The translations under genes and the position numbers were made by a program. From contig CAZQZJ010000001.1 of the NCBI GenBank assembly GCA_964597775.1, forward strand, positions 6,033-70,032: 64,000 nucleotides of DNA, read 5' to 3'. The notes beneath the pieces were generated by a model. The model was not told where the DNA came from and searched no databases. It saw only the letters and a program-made list of their open reading frames with translations. Position 1 is the first letter of the stretch, and each line of letters starts with the position of its first letter. Origin of the DNA: an uncultured Methanosarcinales archaeon (GTDB lineage: Archaea; Nanobdellota; Nanobdellia; Woesearchaeales; JAGWAF01). Positions 28,240 through 37,686 of this stretch are shown here, piece by piece.

Positions 28240-29664
28240 TTAAGTAACCTCAATATGATTGTTGAATCGAAGATCTTGCCAATCATCTAGTTCACCATCG
28301 CTTGCTTTTATACTAATTTGGATCATTTGTGCTTGTGGATTTTCCTGTAATTGTAGCCATTTAAGTGTTTCCTTTCCAATTAGTGTTTCTGCTTGGGTGT
28401 ATTCAATTGCTGTAGGATATTCAATTTTATAATAGAAAGTGACTTGGTTATCATCAGGGTCTAGTGCTTGAAGTGGTATGCAGATTTCCTGATCTGGCTT
28501 GCATCCAGCTCCATTAGTAATGCAAAATTGATTATTGTGGATAGTAATCTTTGGAGCAGAGTAGTCATCTTGATGAATTGATCCGCAGATATTAAAAGTG
28601 TTGAGCTTGCGATGTGTGGAATCATTTAGTAAGAATAATGCTGGTGGTCTGTTTTTTATGGCAAAACGAAGTTCATATGGTTGATCCAAAATGTTGCTAT
28701 GAGGATCTTTTGCAATGAGAATAGAGTCAAGTCCAAAAATATTTGGTTTGCGTTCAACTGTGATATTCTCTATTTGTTTTTCTGTAATATTAAATGCAAG
28801 ATCGCTTGTATCTGAATCAACAAGATATGAGGTATAGGTAATAAGCTGGCCTAAACGAACAGGATAATCTACTACAAATGTGCGAATCATTGCCTCTGCT
28901 CCTGTGGCTGTGTTGGTAATGTTGATTGGATATTCAAGTTGTACAAGTGTTGATGCAGTGTTAATAACAACAGAAAGATTCGGGTCTCCTTTACTAATCT
29001 TAAGGTTTTTAGTGGTGAAATAGCTCCAATCAATACAGCTTAGGGTTTTGGTTTGGATATAGGTTTCAAGTTGTTCTTGCATACTAATAGTGAATAGTTT
29101 GGGAAGGTGTGTTAGTAGGTTATATCCAGTAAGTGCATTAGTAGAGAAGATTGGTGTGGGTTGTGGCTGGCATACATCTGCTCCAGTTTCAAGATCAAGG
29201 CTGCATTCTTTTGCTGGTTGGTATTCAGGAAAACCATCCCAAGGGTATAAAGGGGGTTCGGTTTGATAAGAGAATATATCAGTTCCAATGCTTCCTTGTG
29301 CAGGAACAACAGCATAAGGAACATTATTTTTATCATAAACAAGATAGTTTTTGCCAAGGTCGTTTTTGGTATAATCTAAACTTGATCCTCCTTGACTGCG
29401 GTAGATAATTCCGCCTTGTTTTCCTGCAATGAAGAGTCCTGTTCTGGATGAAAGGTCTAAACAATCCAAAATATATTTTTTAAGTGGGATAATTTCTGTT
29501 TCAGAAAGCTGTTGTTTTGCAAGGTTTTGTTCCATGCTTTTTTTTTGAATGTTTTGACTAAAATAAAAAACTATTCCAAAAAGGAGAAGAATAAGTATGC
29601 ATAGGATCATAATACTACTGATTTGTGATCTTTTTGTCCATGTGGTTTTGTGAATTGGGTTCAT
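28240..29664 (-). CDS. membrane-anchored extracellular hypothetical protein
   Basis: The probable start is the internal Met (MNPIHKTTWTKRSQISSIMILCILILLLFGIVFYF). It forms a co-directional operon with the giant proteins. Confidence 0.5.
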   Translation of the reverse strand: MNPIHKTTWTKRSQISSIMILCILILLLFGIVFYFSQNIQKKSMEQNLAKQQLSETEIIPLKKYILDCLDLSSRTGLFIAGKQGGIIYRSQGGSSLDYTKNDLGKNYLVYDKNNVPYAVVPAQGSIGTDIFSYQTEPPLYPWDGFPEYQPAKECSLDLETGADVCQPQPTPIFSTNALTGYNLLTHLPKLFTISMQEQLETYIQTKTLSCIDWSYFTTKNLKISKGDPNLSVVINTASTLVQLEYPINITNTATGAEAMIRTFVVDYPVRLGQLITYTSYLVDSDTSDLAFNITEKQIENITVERKPNIFGLDSILIAKDPHSNILDQPYELRFAIKNRPPALFLLNDSTHRKLNTFNICGSIHQDDYSAPKITIHNNQFCITNGAGCKPDQEICIPLQALDPDDNQVTFYYKIEYPTAIEYTQAETLIGKETLKWLQLQENPQAQMIQISIKASDGELDDWQDLRFNNHIEVT

Positions 29665-29668
29665 GGTA

Positions 29669-32584
29669 TCAGATTCGTAATTTTGCTGTAAAGTCTCTCC
29701 ATATGTCTCTAAGATTGCCAAAATTGCTTGTGCTAAAGGCAATAAAACTCATGCTGGAATTGGTAAAGAGGCAGTCACGATTCAAATCTGAGTTGATCCT
29801 TGCATTAATAAGATCACAACTATTTTTGCCTGCTCGATCAGAAACATTGAGATTAATGTATCTTGCTCCAATATAATCTAAAGGAATTAGATTAAACCTG
29901 CTTTTTTCAAGAAATGCAAATAAATCCTTAGAAGCAACACGACTAATATAGATTGTGTCAAAGAGTGATGTTGTTGAGAAAAATCCTTGCTGATCAGCAA
30001 GCTGTGTTCGATTGCTAAACTCCACAAGATTAGAAAATCTGGTTTTAATAAAAGAGTCTCTTTGCGTGGTAAGTTCTAGGATATCGCTAGAGCTAAGTGT
30101 GCCTGTTGGTGTAAAAATAATGCTGTTAAGGTTTTGATTGTAATAAATACCGCTGCTGCATGAAGCAAAGCGATTTTCTGTAAAAGCTGTGTTGCAAAAG
30201 CGTGAGGATTTGCCAAGTGCTGTAAGAAAACTCTGTGTTGTGTCATTAATAGGTATATTAATGCTTACTCCAAATGCAACACCTTTGTTGTATCGTAGTA
30301 CGCAGAATTGATTTACGCAAGGAATAGATATATCATTTATTTTACAGTTTTCGCCTAGATACCTCTGAACAGGTCCTGCATTAGGAAAGGTTTCATATCC
30401 AACAAAGTTGAGAACCTCACCAAAATTATCGCAAAAAATACTGTAATTACGTCGCGATTGGGATTCTGCAAAATCAAGTAAGTATTCAGCAAGAATCTTT
30501 GTTCTGCTTGTCCAGTTTCCACGGTCACAGTAGTATTGTTTAATTGACTGTCCATTTGCAATGCAAGCAGGTTCTTGTTTAGGAATAGTTGTAAATGCAG
30601 TTTCTGGTTTATCATTATTGCTCAGGTTTCCAGCAGGATTGTATAAGCATTGTGTTTCTTCTGGACAAAATCCTGCTGCACTATTATCTGGAGTAGTTTT
30701 GATATCTTGTTTAATCCATTCACCGCCAATGCAGCGAAATCCGCCAGTAGTGCTTGGTTTAGTATCATTACGCTGATCATCAACGCATTTAATTCCTGAA
30801 AAACATTGATTCTGTGAACAGCATTCTGTAGTGATAGCAGTTGCATTAAGGTTAGGTGTTAATTGATCTCGAACTATAGAAGGAACGCTTCGTGGAAAGA
30901 GTTTATTTTGTTTTTGAACAAATGACCATGATCCGTTAAAGGAGCAGTAAAGATTGACATTTGCTGTGCGAGTGACATTATATGCAAGAGTGCAGCGGTT
31001 TGTATCGTTAATAAGTTGTTTATGTGTAAAATTATCTTTAATTAGTAAAAGTCCTGGGTTGGTTTCATTAAGTTGGCAGCCAAAGAACTGGCCAAGGAGT
31101 GCAAGCACGCTGCTATTTGTTTTATTGATTATAAATCCATTGCGTGCAAATGTGGAATTATAGCATGCGCCACTCTGGTCTTCAATATAATTTGGAGGAT
31201 CTGGATCATTATAGAATTCATTTATATCTTCTGCTTCTGAACAGCATTTAGTTCCTGTCCAACGTAGTCCAGCAGCAATGCATGTTAAAGAATCTTTGGT
31301 GTCAAGATCCTTTGTCCATTCAGCATCTTTGCTACAGTATAATGTTGGAGAGTCTCGATCTTGGCTAATACTTATTTTTAGAAAAGACGCAGCTCCAATA
31401 GCTCCCGAAGGGCCTGTATTGATAAAAAGTTCAATTGCATTAATCTGAACAAATCCAGTTCTGCGTTCTACTTTGTTATCAAGTGTGCAGCTTAAAACAG
31501 AGTTTTGTGTATCATAATCAAGGATAAGTGTATGTACTTCATTAGGTTTAAAGCTGCTGATGTCAAAACTTGTTTGGATAATGGTTGTTCCTGCAGTATT
31601 AAAACATCCAAGAGTAGTTCCTCTTTTTTCAATAGAGAGATATTTTTCTGGAGTTTCTTTTGCAAAGAAAAAAAAGCGATTAAGATCCTCAGATCCAGCC
31701 CATGTGTTTGTAAAGGTGAGTACAATATGTCCTTTGCTATTGTTATAATTGCCTAATGTACTGGTTTGTATAGTGTCTGTTGGACCAAGTGTTGCTGCAA
31801 AAAGCTCGCCTACAACATGATTTTCTCCAAGCATAGCGCTTCTTCCATTCTTTGTATTATAAGATCGATCATCTCCATTGCATTCGAGAATGGTTTGATA
31901 GGTGTCATTATTCTGAGGAGTGTCTTCTGCACAAAGGTACGAATGTGAAGCATAACGAAAACCTGGTTTACTGATATTGATAAGATTAAAGGTACCATAA
32001 TTGGATTTTATATTGCTTAGTAATCCGCAAGCAAGAAAGTCTGTGCCAGTAGAAACCACTTGAGCCTTGCCACAGTTGATATTAACAATGTCTGCTTTAT
32101 GTTTATTAAGTTCTACAAATTCCCAGTTTTCAGGTGTTGTAGAAGGGTTTGCACACAGCTCGTTACTAAATCTTTTTCCACAATTAGCTTCTGGGTGAGC
32201 ACCACAACAGGTAGCTGCGGGATTTGAAAAATTGACAGTCTTATTGCCAAAACAAATAGGAAGATCGATAAAGTTGTTTCCTCTGCAATACTGTTCAGTA
32301 TCCCAATTAACCTTGTGCGCATCTGAGATAATCTCTTGTGTACTATCAGATGATCCGCCTACCTTAAAATTAAGAAGATATTGACCTTCTTGTGTACACA
32401 CCTTATTTGCTATATCAATCGGAATCCGGCACTGTGCATTGCCAAGACACTCATCTGTTTGAATAGCTACTGAATTGTTATCAGGAAAAATAAGGCTTAA
32501 AATTCCGGTTTGAGCATTGACTAAGGAAGTGAATGCTAAAACAATGGTAATAATAAAAACAGATGTTATAATAATGGTACGCAT
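29669..32584 (-). CDS. large (971 aa) secreted Cys-rich surface protein
   Basis: The signal peptide is MRTIIITSVFIITIVLAFTSLVNA. The sequence has many Cys residues and is N/T/S-rich, consistent with a glycosylated surface protein. Confidence 0.6.
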   Translation of the reverse strand: MRTIIITSVFIITIVLAFTSLVNAQTGILSLIFPDNNSVAIQTDECLGNAQCRIPIDIANKVCTQEGQYLLNFKVGGSSDSTQEIISDAHKVNWDTEQYCRGNNFIDLPICFGNKTVNFSNPAATCCGAHPEANCGKRFSNELCANPSTTPENWEFVELNKHKADIVNINCGKAQVVSTGTDFLACGLLSNIKSNYGTFNLINISKPGFRYASHSYLCAEDTPQNNDTYQTILECNGDDRSYNTKNGRSAMLGENHVVGELFAATLGPTDTIQTSTLGNYNNSKGHIVLTFTNTWAGSEDLNRFFFFAKETPEKYLSIEKRGTTLGCFNTAGTTIIQTSFDISSFKPNEVHTLILDYDTQNSVLSCTLDNKVERRTGFVQINAIELFINTGPSGAIGAASFLKISISQDRDSPTLYCSKDAEWTKDLDTKDSLTCIAAGLRWTGTKCCSEAEDINEFYNDPDPPNYIEDQSGACYNSTFARNGFIINKTNSSVLALLGQFFGCQLNETNPGLLLIKDNFTHKQLINDTNRCTLAYNVTRTANVNLYCSFNGSWSFVQKQNKLFPRSVPSIVRDQLTPNLNATAITTECCSQNQCFSGIKCVDDQRNDTKPSTTGGFRCIGGEWIKQDIKTTPDNSAAGFCPEETQCLYNPAGNLSNNDKPETAFTTIPKQEPACIANGQSIKQYYCDRGNWTSRTKILAEYLLDFAESQSRRNYSIFCDNFGEVLNFVGYETFPNAGPVQRYLGENCKINDISIPCVNQFCVLRYNKGVAFGVSINIPINDTTQSFLTALGKSSRFCNTAFTENRFASCSSGIYYNQNLNSIIFTPTGTLSSSDILELTTQRDSFIKTRFSNLVEFSNRTQLADQQGFFSTTSLFDTIYISRVASKDLFAFLEKSRFNLIPLDYIGARYINLNVSDRAGKNSCDLINARINSDLNRDCLFTNSSMSFIAFSTSNFGNLRDIWRDFTAKLRI

Positions 32585-32671
32585 GCGTGATAACCTGGTT
32601 TAGAGGATATATAAATATATAGGATGCGCTTTACGAAAAGATTATTATAGTCGCATGTCAGTAATTAGTCT

Positions 32672-33004
32672 ATGGATGGGATTAATGTATTTGAAGATGG
32701 TGCATGCAAAAGATTAGATATTAAGACTTCAATCTATCCACTTAAAGTGGTAGTAACAACAGCATACACATTTCTTGATCGTGCATTTATCCTTCTTGAT
32801 GGTGATCCCAAATCAACAATCATTGTGCATCTCCAAGCCAAAAAGGAAGGAGATGCTGCTAATCTGCTTGTTAAAGAATTTCAAAACGCCCTACTTGGAT
32901 ATGCACATTTTCAATTAGTATCTGATGAAAATAGGAAGATACGAGAAATGATTGTGTATCGTGCATTGATGACTATGGAGCATGAGGTTACTCATGCAAA
33001 ATAA
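32672..33004 (+). CDS. small hypothetical protein upstream of the radical-SAM maturase (possible accessory or RRE-like partner)
   Basis: 110 aa. It overlaps the next small ORF, which in turn overlaps the rSAM start (ATGA), indicating a tight operon. Confidence 0.35.
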   Translation: MDGINVFEDGACKRLDIKTSIYPLKVVVTTAYTFLDRAFILLDGDPKSTIIVHLQAKKEGDAANLLVKEFQNALLGYAHFQLVSDENRKIREMIVYRALMTMEHEVTHAK

Positions 33005-33200
33005 GATCGTTGTGCATCTGAATCATATGTTCTATGATCCTTTTATTATTGAGGAGGTCATAAAGGTGTGTGATGTAACAATATCACAAGAAGGAGGGTA
33101 TTGTGTGGTAAGTTGTGATGATACGCCTCAAGCGCGTATCATGCTTAAGAATATACCTAATAAGGTATTATTTGCAATCAAACAAGGTAGTATTCAATGA
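32982..33200 (+). CDS. small hypothetical protein (72 aa) in the rSAM operon
   Basis: Translationally coupled between 32672..33004 and 33197..34639. Confidence 0.3.
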   Translation: MRLLMQNKIVVHLNHMFYDPFIIEEVIKVCDVTISQEGGYCVVSCDDTPQARIMLKNIPNKVLFAIKQGSIQ

Positions 33201-34639
33201 ATTCGCTTCCTGTTATTGGAATGAATGTGTATCGCGCTCGTCAGATAAAAGATAAGGTGCTTATCACAACTGATTCAGGTGCATGGTTATTTCTTGAGCA
33301 GAATGAATTTGAACTGCTTAAATCAAAAAATCTTACTCCTGAAATCTTAGATAAATTAACAACTGCCCGTATCTTGCTTACAACACAGAATATGTCTCAA
33401 GAAGTCGATGCGTATCAAAGAAAAAAAGCATTTTTGTATCAAGGAACTTCTCTTCATATTGTTGTTGTGACACTGCGTTGTAATCAGAGCTGTGTGTATT
33501 GTCATAGTGCATCGCGGCCAATGTTAGAATCAAAATTTGATATGACCAAAGAAACAGCTACAAAGGTTGTTGATTTTATTTTTCAGAGTCCTGCTCCTTC
33601 TGTAGATATTGAATTTCAAGGAGGTGAGCCACTAGCAAATTTTGAGGTTATTAAATATATTACTGAATATGCACAAGAGCTGTCAAAAAAAGGAGGTAAG
33701 CGTGTTCAGTTTACTATGACTTCAAATCTGATTTTTTTAGATGATGAAAAATTAGATTATCTTATTTGTAATAATATTTCTGTATGTACCTCGCTTGATG
33801 GTCCTAGGATTGTTCATGAGAAAAATAGGGGATTTTATGCACCTCTTATGCGACAGATTGAGCGTGTAAATAATGAGTATAGAAAAAGAGGTATGAATCA
33901 CCATATCAATGCTTTATGTACTATAACCAGGTTTGCTCTGGCTTATCCAAAAGAGATTATTGATGAGTATAAAAGGTTAGGGATGAGTGAGATTCATTTG
34001 CGTTTTCTCAATGAATTAGGAACTGCGCAAGAACAGTGGGAACATATTAAGTACAGTTCTGAGGAGTTTATTCTTTTTTGGAAGCAGGCCTTGGATTATA
34101 TTCTTGAGATCAATAAGCAAGGAACTGTATTTGTTGAAAGAGGAGCCAAGATAATGTTGCAAAAGATTTTAAGTGCTGATGATCCTAATTATGCTGAGAT
34201 GCGTTCTCCTTGTGGTGCTGCAACAGGTCAAATTGCTTATATGTATGACGGATCAGTGTATACCTGTGATGAAGGAAGAATGGTAAAAGAGGGTGTTTTC
34301 TTAATAGGTGATACAAGAAAGCATGCCTACAAAGAAGTGCTTACTTCAAGTCCTGTGTTAACATTAATGGGTGCGTCAAATAATGATAATTTTATTTGTG
34401 ATACTTGTGCATATAAACCTTGGTGTGGTATATGTCCTGTATTAAATTATGTAGAACAAGGTTCAATTATTGCCAGGATTTCTGAAACTTCAAGACATAA
34501 AATCTACCTTGCACAATTTGATTTTCTCTTTGAAAAATTGCTTAGCGATCCAGAAGCTACGCAGATATTTAAGCGTTGGGTTGAGCAAAGTGGATATAGA
34601 GTTACTCAACCAATTTTAGATCCGAAAGAAGTCTGTTAA
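33197..34639 (+). CDS. radical SAM enzyme with C-terminal SPASM/twitch Cys cluster (peptide-modifying maturase, anSME-like)
   Basis: It has the CNQSCVYC CxxxCxxC motif (LRCNQSCVYCHS), a GGEPL motif (IEFQGGEPLANF) and the C-terminal Cys cluster CDEG...CDTCAYKPWCGICP. Confidence 0.75.
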   Translation: MNSLPVIGMNVYRARQIKDKVLITTDSGAWLFLEQNEFELLKSKNLTPEILDKLTTARILLTTQNMSQEVDAYQRKKAFLYQGTSLHIVVVTLRCNQSCVYCHSASRPMLESKFDMTKETATKVVDFIFQSPAPSVDIEFQGGEPLANFEVIKYITEYAQELSKKGGKRVQFTMTSNLIFLDDEKLDYLICNNISVCTSLDGPRIVHEKNRGFYAPLMRQIERVNNEYRKRGMNHHINALCTITRFALAYPKEIIDEYKRLGMSEIHLRFLNELGTAQEQWEHIKYSSEEFILFWKQALDYILEINKQGTVFVERGAKIMLQKILSADDPNYAEMRSPCGAATGQIAYMYDGSVYTCDEGRMVKEGVFLIGDTRKHAYKEVLTSSPVLTLMGASNNDNFICDTCAYKPWCGICPVLNYVEQGSIIARISETSRHKIYLAQFDFLFEKLLSDPEATQIFKRWVEQSGYRVTQPILDPKEVC

Positions 34640-34699
34640 TTTTTGAAGGATTAATTTTTGAAGGATAGATTTTTATATGTGATCTGAGAATAAGATGCT

Positions 34700-35008
34700 A
34701 TGAAACAAGAGTTCTCATCTATGATAATATCATTTATGCTTGATGAAGATGGTAGGATTGATAAGCACAAGCTTATGCAGCTAGGTGCAGTGCTCTCAGC
34801 TGCTGGGTTAAGTTCTGGTATTGCTCATGCTCAATTGTCATGTCCATCTTGTGGTCCTGCTTGTGGAACCTCGTGTCATTCAAATTGTGCAGGTATTCGT
34901 TCAGAACAAGGAATGCATATTGGTCAACATGCGCATAATATTGAACAAGGTGGTTCTTGTCCTCCTCCTGGTGGAGGTGGTGGAGGAGGGGGTGGTGGGT
35001 ACTGTTAA
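34700..35008 (+). CDS. Cys-rich small ORF with poly-Gly tail; candidate precursor peptide (RiPP-like) for the adjacent rSAM/SPASM enzyme
   Basis: 102 aa. Leader-like MKQEFSSMIISFMLDEDGRIDKHKLMQLGAVLSAAGLSSGIAHAQ is followed by SCPSCGPACGTSCHSNCAG...SCPPPGGGGGGGGGGYC. It lies 60 nt downstream of the rSAM gene on the same strand. Confidence 0.45.
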   Translation: MKQEFSSMIISFMLDEDGRIDKHKLMQLGAVLSAAGLSSGIAHAQLSCPSCGPACGTSCHSNCAGIRSEQGMHIGQHAHNIEQGGSCPPPGGGGGGGGGGYC

Positions 35009-35038
35009 GGTTTTATAGAAGTGCTGTATTCTTAGAGT

Positions 35039-36046
35039 ATGATCCTTGGAATTGATATTGGTGGCAAGCATGTAAGAGGTGTTTTTCTTTTGAATGATCA
35101 AGTTGTTGGTCATACTGTTGTTGTGGCTCCAGCTTGTTTTGGTGAACGTGAATTAGTATATATACCAGCGCTTGAGCAAATACGAGATGCGCTTGGAATT
35201 GCTTTGGTAGATCATCTTCTTGTTCTCTCAACTGCTACGCTTAGTTCTGGATTTACTAAAGGTCTTACGCTAATATGTGAGGCTGTGGAAAATATCTTTG
35301 GTAATCCTTGTCTGCATTTTTTAGGTAATGATGGAAAATTCTATAATAAGACTGATGCGCTTAAGAATCCAGAAAAGGTATGCTGCACAGAATATTGGGG
35401 CACTATCACTTTTTGTAGTAGATTAACTCAAGAAAAAAAGTATGTATTAGTAGATATGGGAACACAGTCAACAACGATTCTTCCTGTGATTAATGGATCA
35501 ATTCCTACGAGTATAGAATGCACACCGCATGCTGCGTTTAGAGATGGTTTACTAATCATGATGGGTATGATTGGTACGCATGTTTATTCAGTGGTTTCTT
35601 CAGTGCAGTGGAATGGATATCACATGCCTATTAATGATTATACTCCTTTATTGATGTGTGATCTCTACTTTTATGAAGGTATCCTAAAAAGCGAGGAGTA
35701 TATATTATACCGTGAGTTGTCGATGGATCAGATCCATCATTTCCTGTGTAATCTGGTGTTAGTTGATTTCTTAACTGTTGATAAGGCAAAGACTCATGAG
35801 CTTGCTAAGCAGATTATTGAAAAGCAAGAGGGGATCATTTCTCAACATGTGGAAAATGTGTGTTCTGGATTTAGTTTGGATACTGTTATCGTAACAGGAC
35901 GTGGAGAAGGGGTTGTGCATGGTGCATTAAAAGGATGGAATAAAAAGGTGATATATATTGGTGATCTTCGTCCTGATGTTGCAAATAATGTTCCCCTTAT
36001 AGGAGCAGTGTATAGTTTACATGATCACCTAAATGAGTTAAGATAG
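35039..36046 (+). CDS. ASKHA-fold (actin/hexokinase-like) ATPase family protein, specific function unclear
   Basis: The N-terminal phosphate-1 motif MILGIDIGGKHVRGVFL resembles BadF/BadG/BcrA/BcrD and type-III PanK-like starts. 335 aa. Confidence 0.4.
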   Translation: MILGIDIGGKHVRGVFLLNDQVVGHTVVVAPACFGERELVYIPALEQIRDALGIALVDHLLVLSTATLSSGFTKGLTLICEAVENIFGNPCLHFLGNDGKFYNKTDALKNPEKVCCTEYWGTITFCSRLTQEKKYVLVDMGTQSTTILPVINGSIPTSIECTPHAAFRDGLLIMMGMIGTHVYSVVSSVQWNGYHMPINDYTPLLMCDLYFYEGILKSEEYILYRELSMDQIHHFLCNLVLVDFLTVDKAKTHELAKQIIEKQEGIISQHVENVCSGFSLDTVIVTGRGEGVVHGALKGWNKKVIYIGDLRPDVANNVPLIGAVYSLHDHLNELR

Positions 36047-37686
36047 GTGTGTTGGTAAAGATAGAGTGCCTCAATTGCAAATGCTGTTGTAATCTCTTTA
36101 GAGCCATAATAATAAAGACTGTAACCATACCACACGTGTTTATTCCAAGAGCCGTCAGGTTTTTGTTTTTTACGCAATAAAGAAGCTGCGCAATCGATTT
36201 GTGGTCCTGTATAATTTAGTCTGATAAGAGAACCAAGTGCTATTGCAGTATCCAAATCATTGCCAAACGAACAGTCTTTTTTTTGTGTTTGTAATATGTT
36301 GTTAATGATTTTCTCTTTTAAATTATCAAGACATGAAGATTCTATTTCTGATACACGTGATAATGAATCATAAAGAGATAGGGGTGTTAGATAATAGTGT
36401 GAGCATGATTTGTTAGTTATTGAAGAAGATAGGTAAGTGCAGAGATTGGGTGTTGATGTTTTAAGATAGTTGAAAACATTTGCATTTACAACACAGTCGA
36501 TATCATTCCCTTGATGATTGAACCAGGTGTAGAATCTTCCTTCATTATCTGTATAATTAAATAATATCTCGGTGATGTTGATAAGAGTATAATTGTATTT
36601 TTTAAGAATCCTTGCTGATGCAATAGTATCATCTGCATCAGGAGGAACTTTGTAATAGTGTTTGCTTTTTTTAGTCCAGTATTTCCATAATCCATCTTCT
36701 TCTTTATGTAAAACAAGATATGCTACACCTTTTTGAATTATGTCTGATTGAACAGGTAATTGGGATAATGATTCCAGTATAATGGCTGTTGGAAAGATAG
36801 CATAATCCTCAAAGCAAAAGATAAGGTAAGGGTCATAGCAAATATTATTTCTAAAGCTTCCATCCTCCTGCTGATGCGTTGCAAGGAATTGGATTCCTGC
36901 ATTAATCTGTTCATCGATGGTTCCCTGATTTGATATCAAAGGAGTTTCCTGATTTGATATCAAAGGAAGAGATAATGTAAGAAGAGCGCCAACCATCATC
37001 CACGGTGCAAATCGCATCTTTGTGTTGTGTGTGTTAAGGATGATAATATTGGTTAGATAACCTAAAAGAATAAGGAGAATAGTTAATAATAAGAATGATT
37101 GTGTAATAGGAATAAAGAGTAATGTATAGACAAATAATCCTGCATTGATGATAAGCATAATGGTTTTGTTTATATAAGAAATAGTGAATAATAAAAGAAT
37201 GATAAGCAATAAGGATAGATAAAATGGTATAGGGATATTGTAAGAAAGTCCGCTAATTCCAATAACTCCAAAGAAGATTGTTATTGCATTTTCTGGTAAT
37301 GGATAGTGTAGTTTTCTGTATTGGATATGGCACATGCTTTTGATAACAAGATAGGTGTATGCAGGAATAATCATGGCTGCAAGAAGTTGCAGAGGGGTTA
37401 CAAAAGAGGTATATTGTGTATGGATTAGAAGGATAGCATTATAGAGGGTAAAGAGTTTGGCATCTCCACCTCGCCAAAAGTTAAGTAGGTATAAAAAAAA
37501 TGAGCCGAGAAAACAGGCTGCTAGAATCAGCAACATGCTAAGATTAAGACGTCCATAAAAATAGAGCATACTAGCTGTTATAAGTGAAAAAAAAGAGATT
37601 GTATAATTTTTAATTTTGTGATAATAATGATCTTCATATGAAGTGATTATACCTAAGATTACTACTAATATTAGTGGAAGATTCAT
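36025..37686 (-). CDS. A24-family prepilin/preflagellin peptidase (PibD/FlaK-like) fused to a C-terminal prenyltransferase/squalene-cyclase-type alpha/alpha-toroid repeat domain
   Basis: The N-terminal polytopic domain has conserved Asp motifs (ITSYEDHYYHKIKN; FWRGGDAKLF, compare the GxGDxKL motif of A24 peptidases). After about 260 aa of TM helices come the repeats AGIQFLATHQQEDGSF, KGVAYLVLHKEEDGLWKYW, DADDTIASARIL and LLRKKQKPDGSWN, typical of SQHop_cyclase/prenyltransferase repeats. Confidence 0.6.
   Translation of the reverse strand: MNLPLILVVILGIITSYEDHYYHKIKNYTISFFSLITASMLYFYGRLNLSMLLILAACFLGSFFLYLLNFWRGGDAKLFTLYNAILLIHTQYTSFVTPLQLLAAMIIPAYTYLVIKSMCHIQYRKLHYPLPENAITIFFGVIGISGLSYNIPIPFYLSLLLIILLLFTISYINKTIMLIINAGLFVYTLLFIPITQSFLLLTILLILLGYLTNIIILNTHNTKMRFAPWMMVGALLTLSLPLISNQETPLISNQGTIDEQINAGIQFLATHQQEDGSFRNNICYDPYLIFCFEDYAIFPTAIILESLSQLPVQSDIIQKGVAYLVLHKEEDGLWKYWTKKSKHYYKVPPDADDTIASARILKKYNYTLINITEILFNYTDNEGRFYTWFNHQGNDIDCVVNANVFNYLKTSTPNLCTYLSSSITNKSCSHYYLTPLSLYDSLSRVSEIESSCLDNLKEKIINNILQTQKKDCSFGNDLDTAIALGSLIRLNYTGPQIDCAASLLRKKQKPDGSWNKHVWYGYSLYYYGSKEITTAFAIEALYLYQHTYLNSFR

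Noticed and set aside
34940-35000. Poly-G/poly-Gly tract (ggtggaggtggtggaggagggggtggtggg) as a possible CRISPR, G-quadruplex island or simple-sequence contamination
   Set aside because: It is in frame at the 3' end of the Cys-rich ORF, encoding a G10 tail. There is no repeat-spacer periodicity anywhere in the window.
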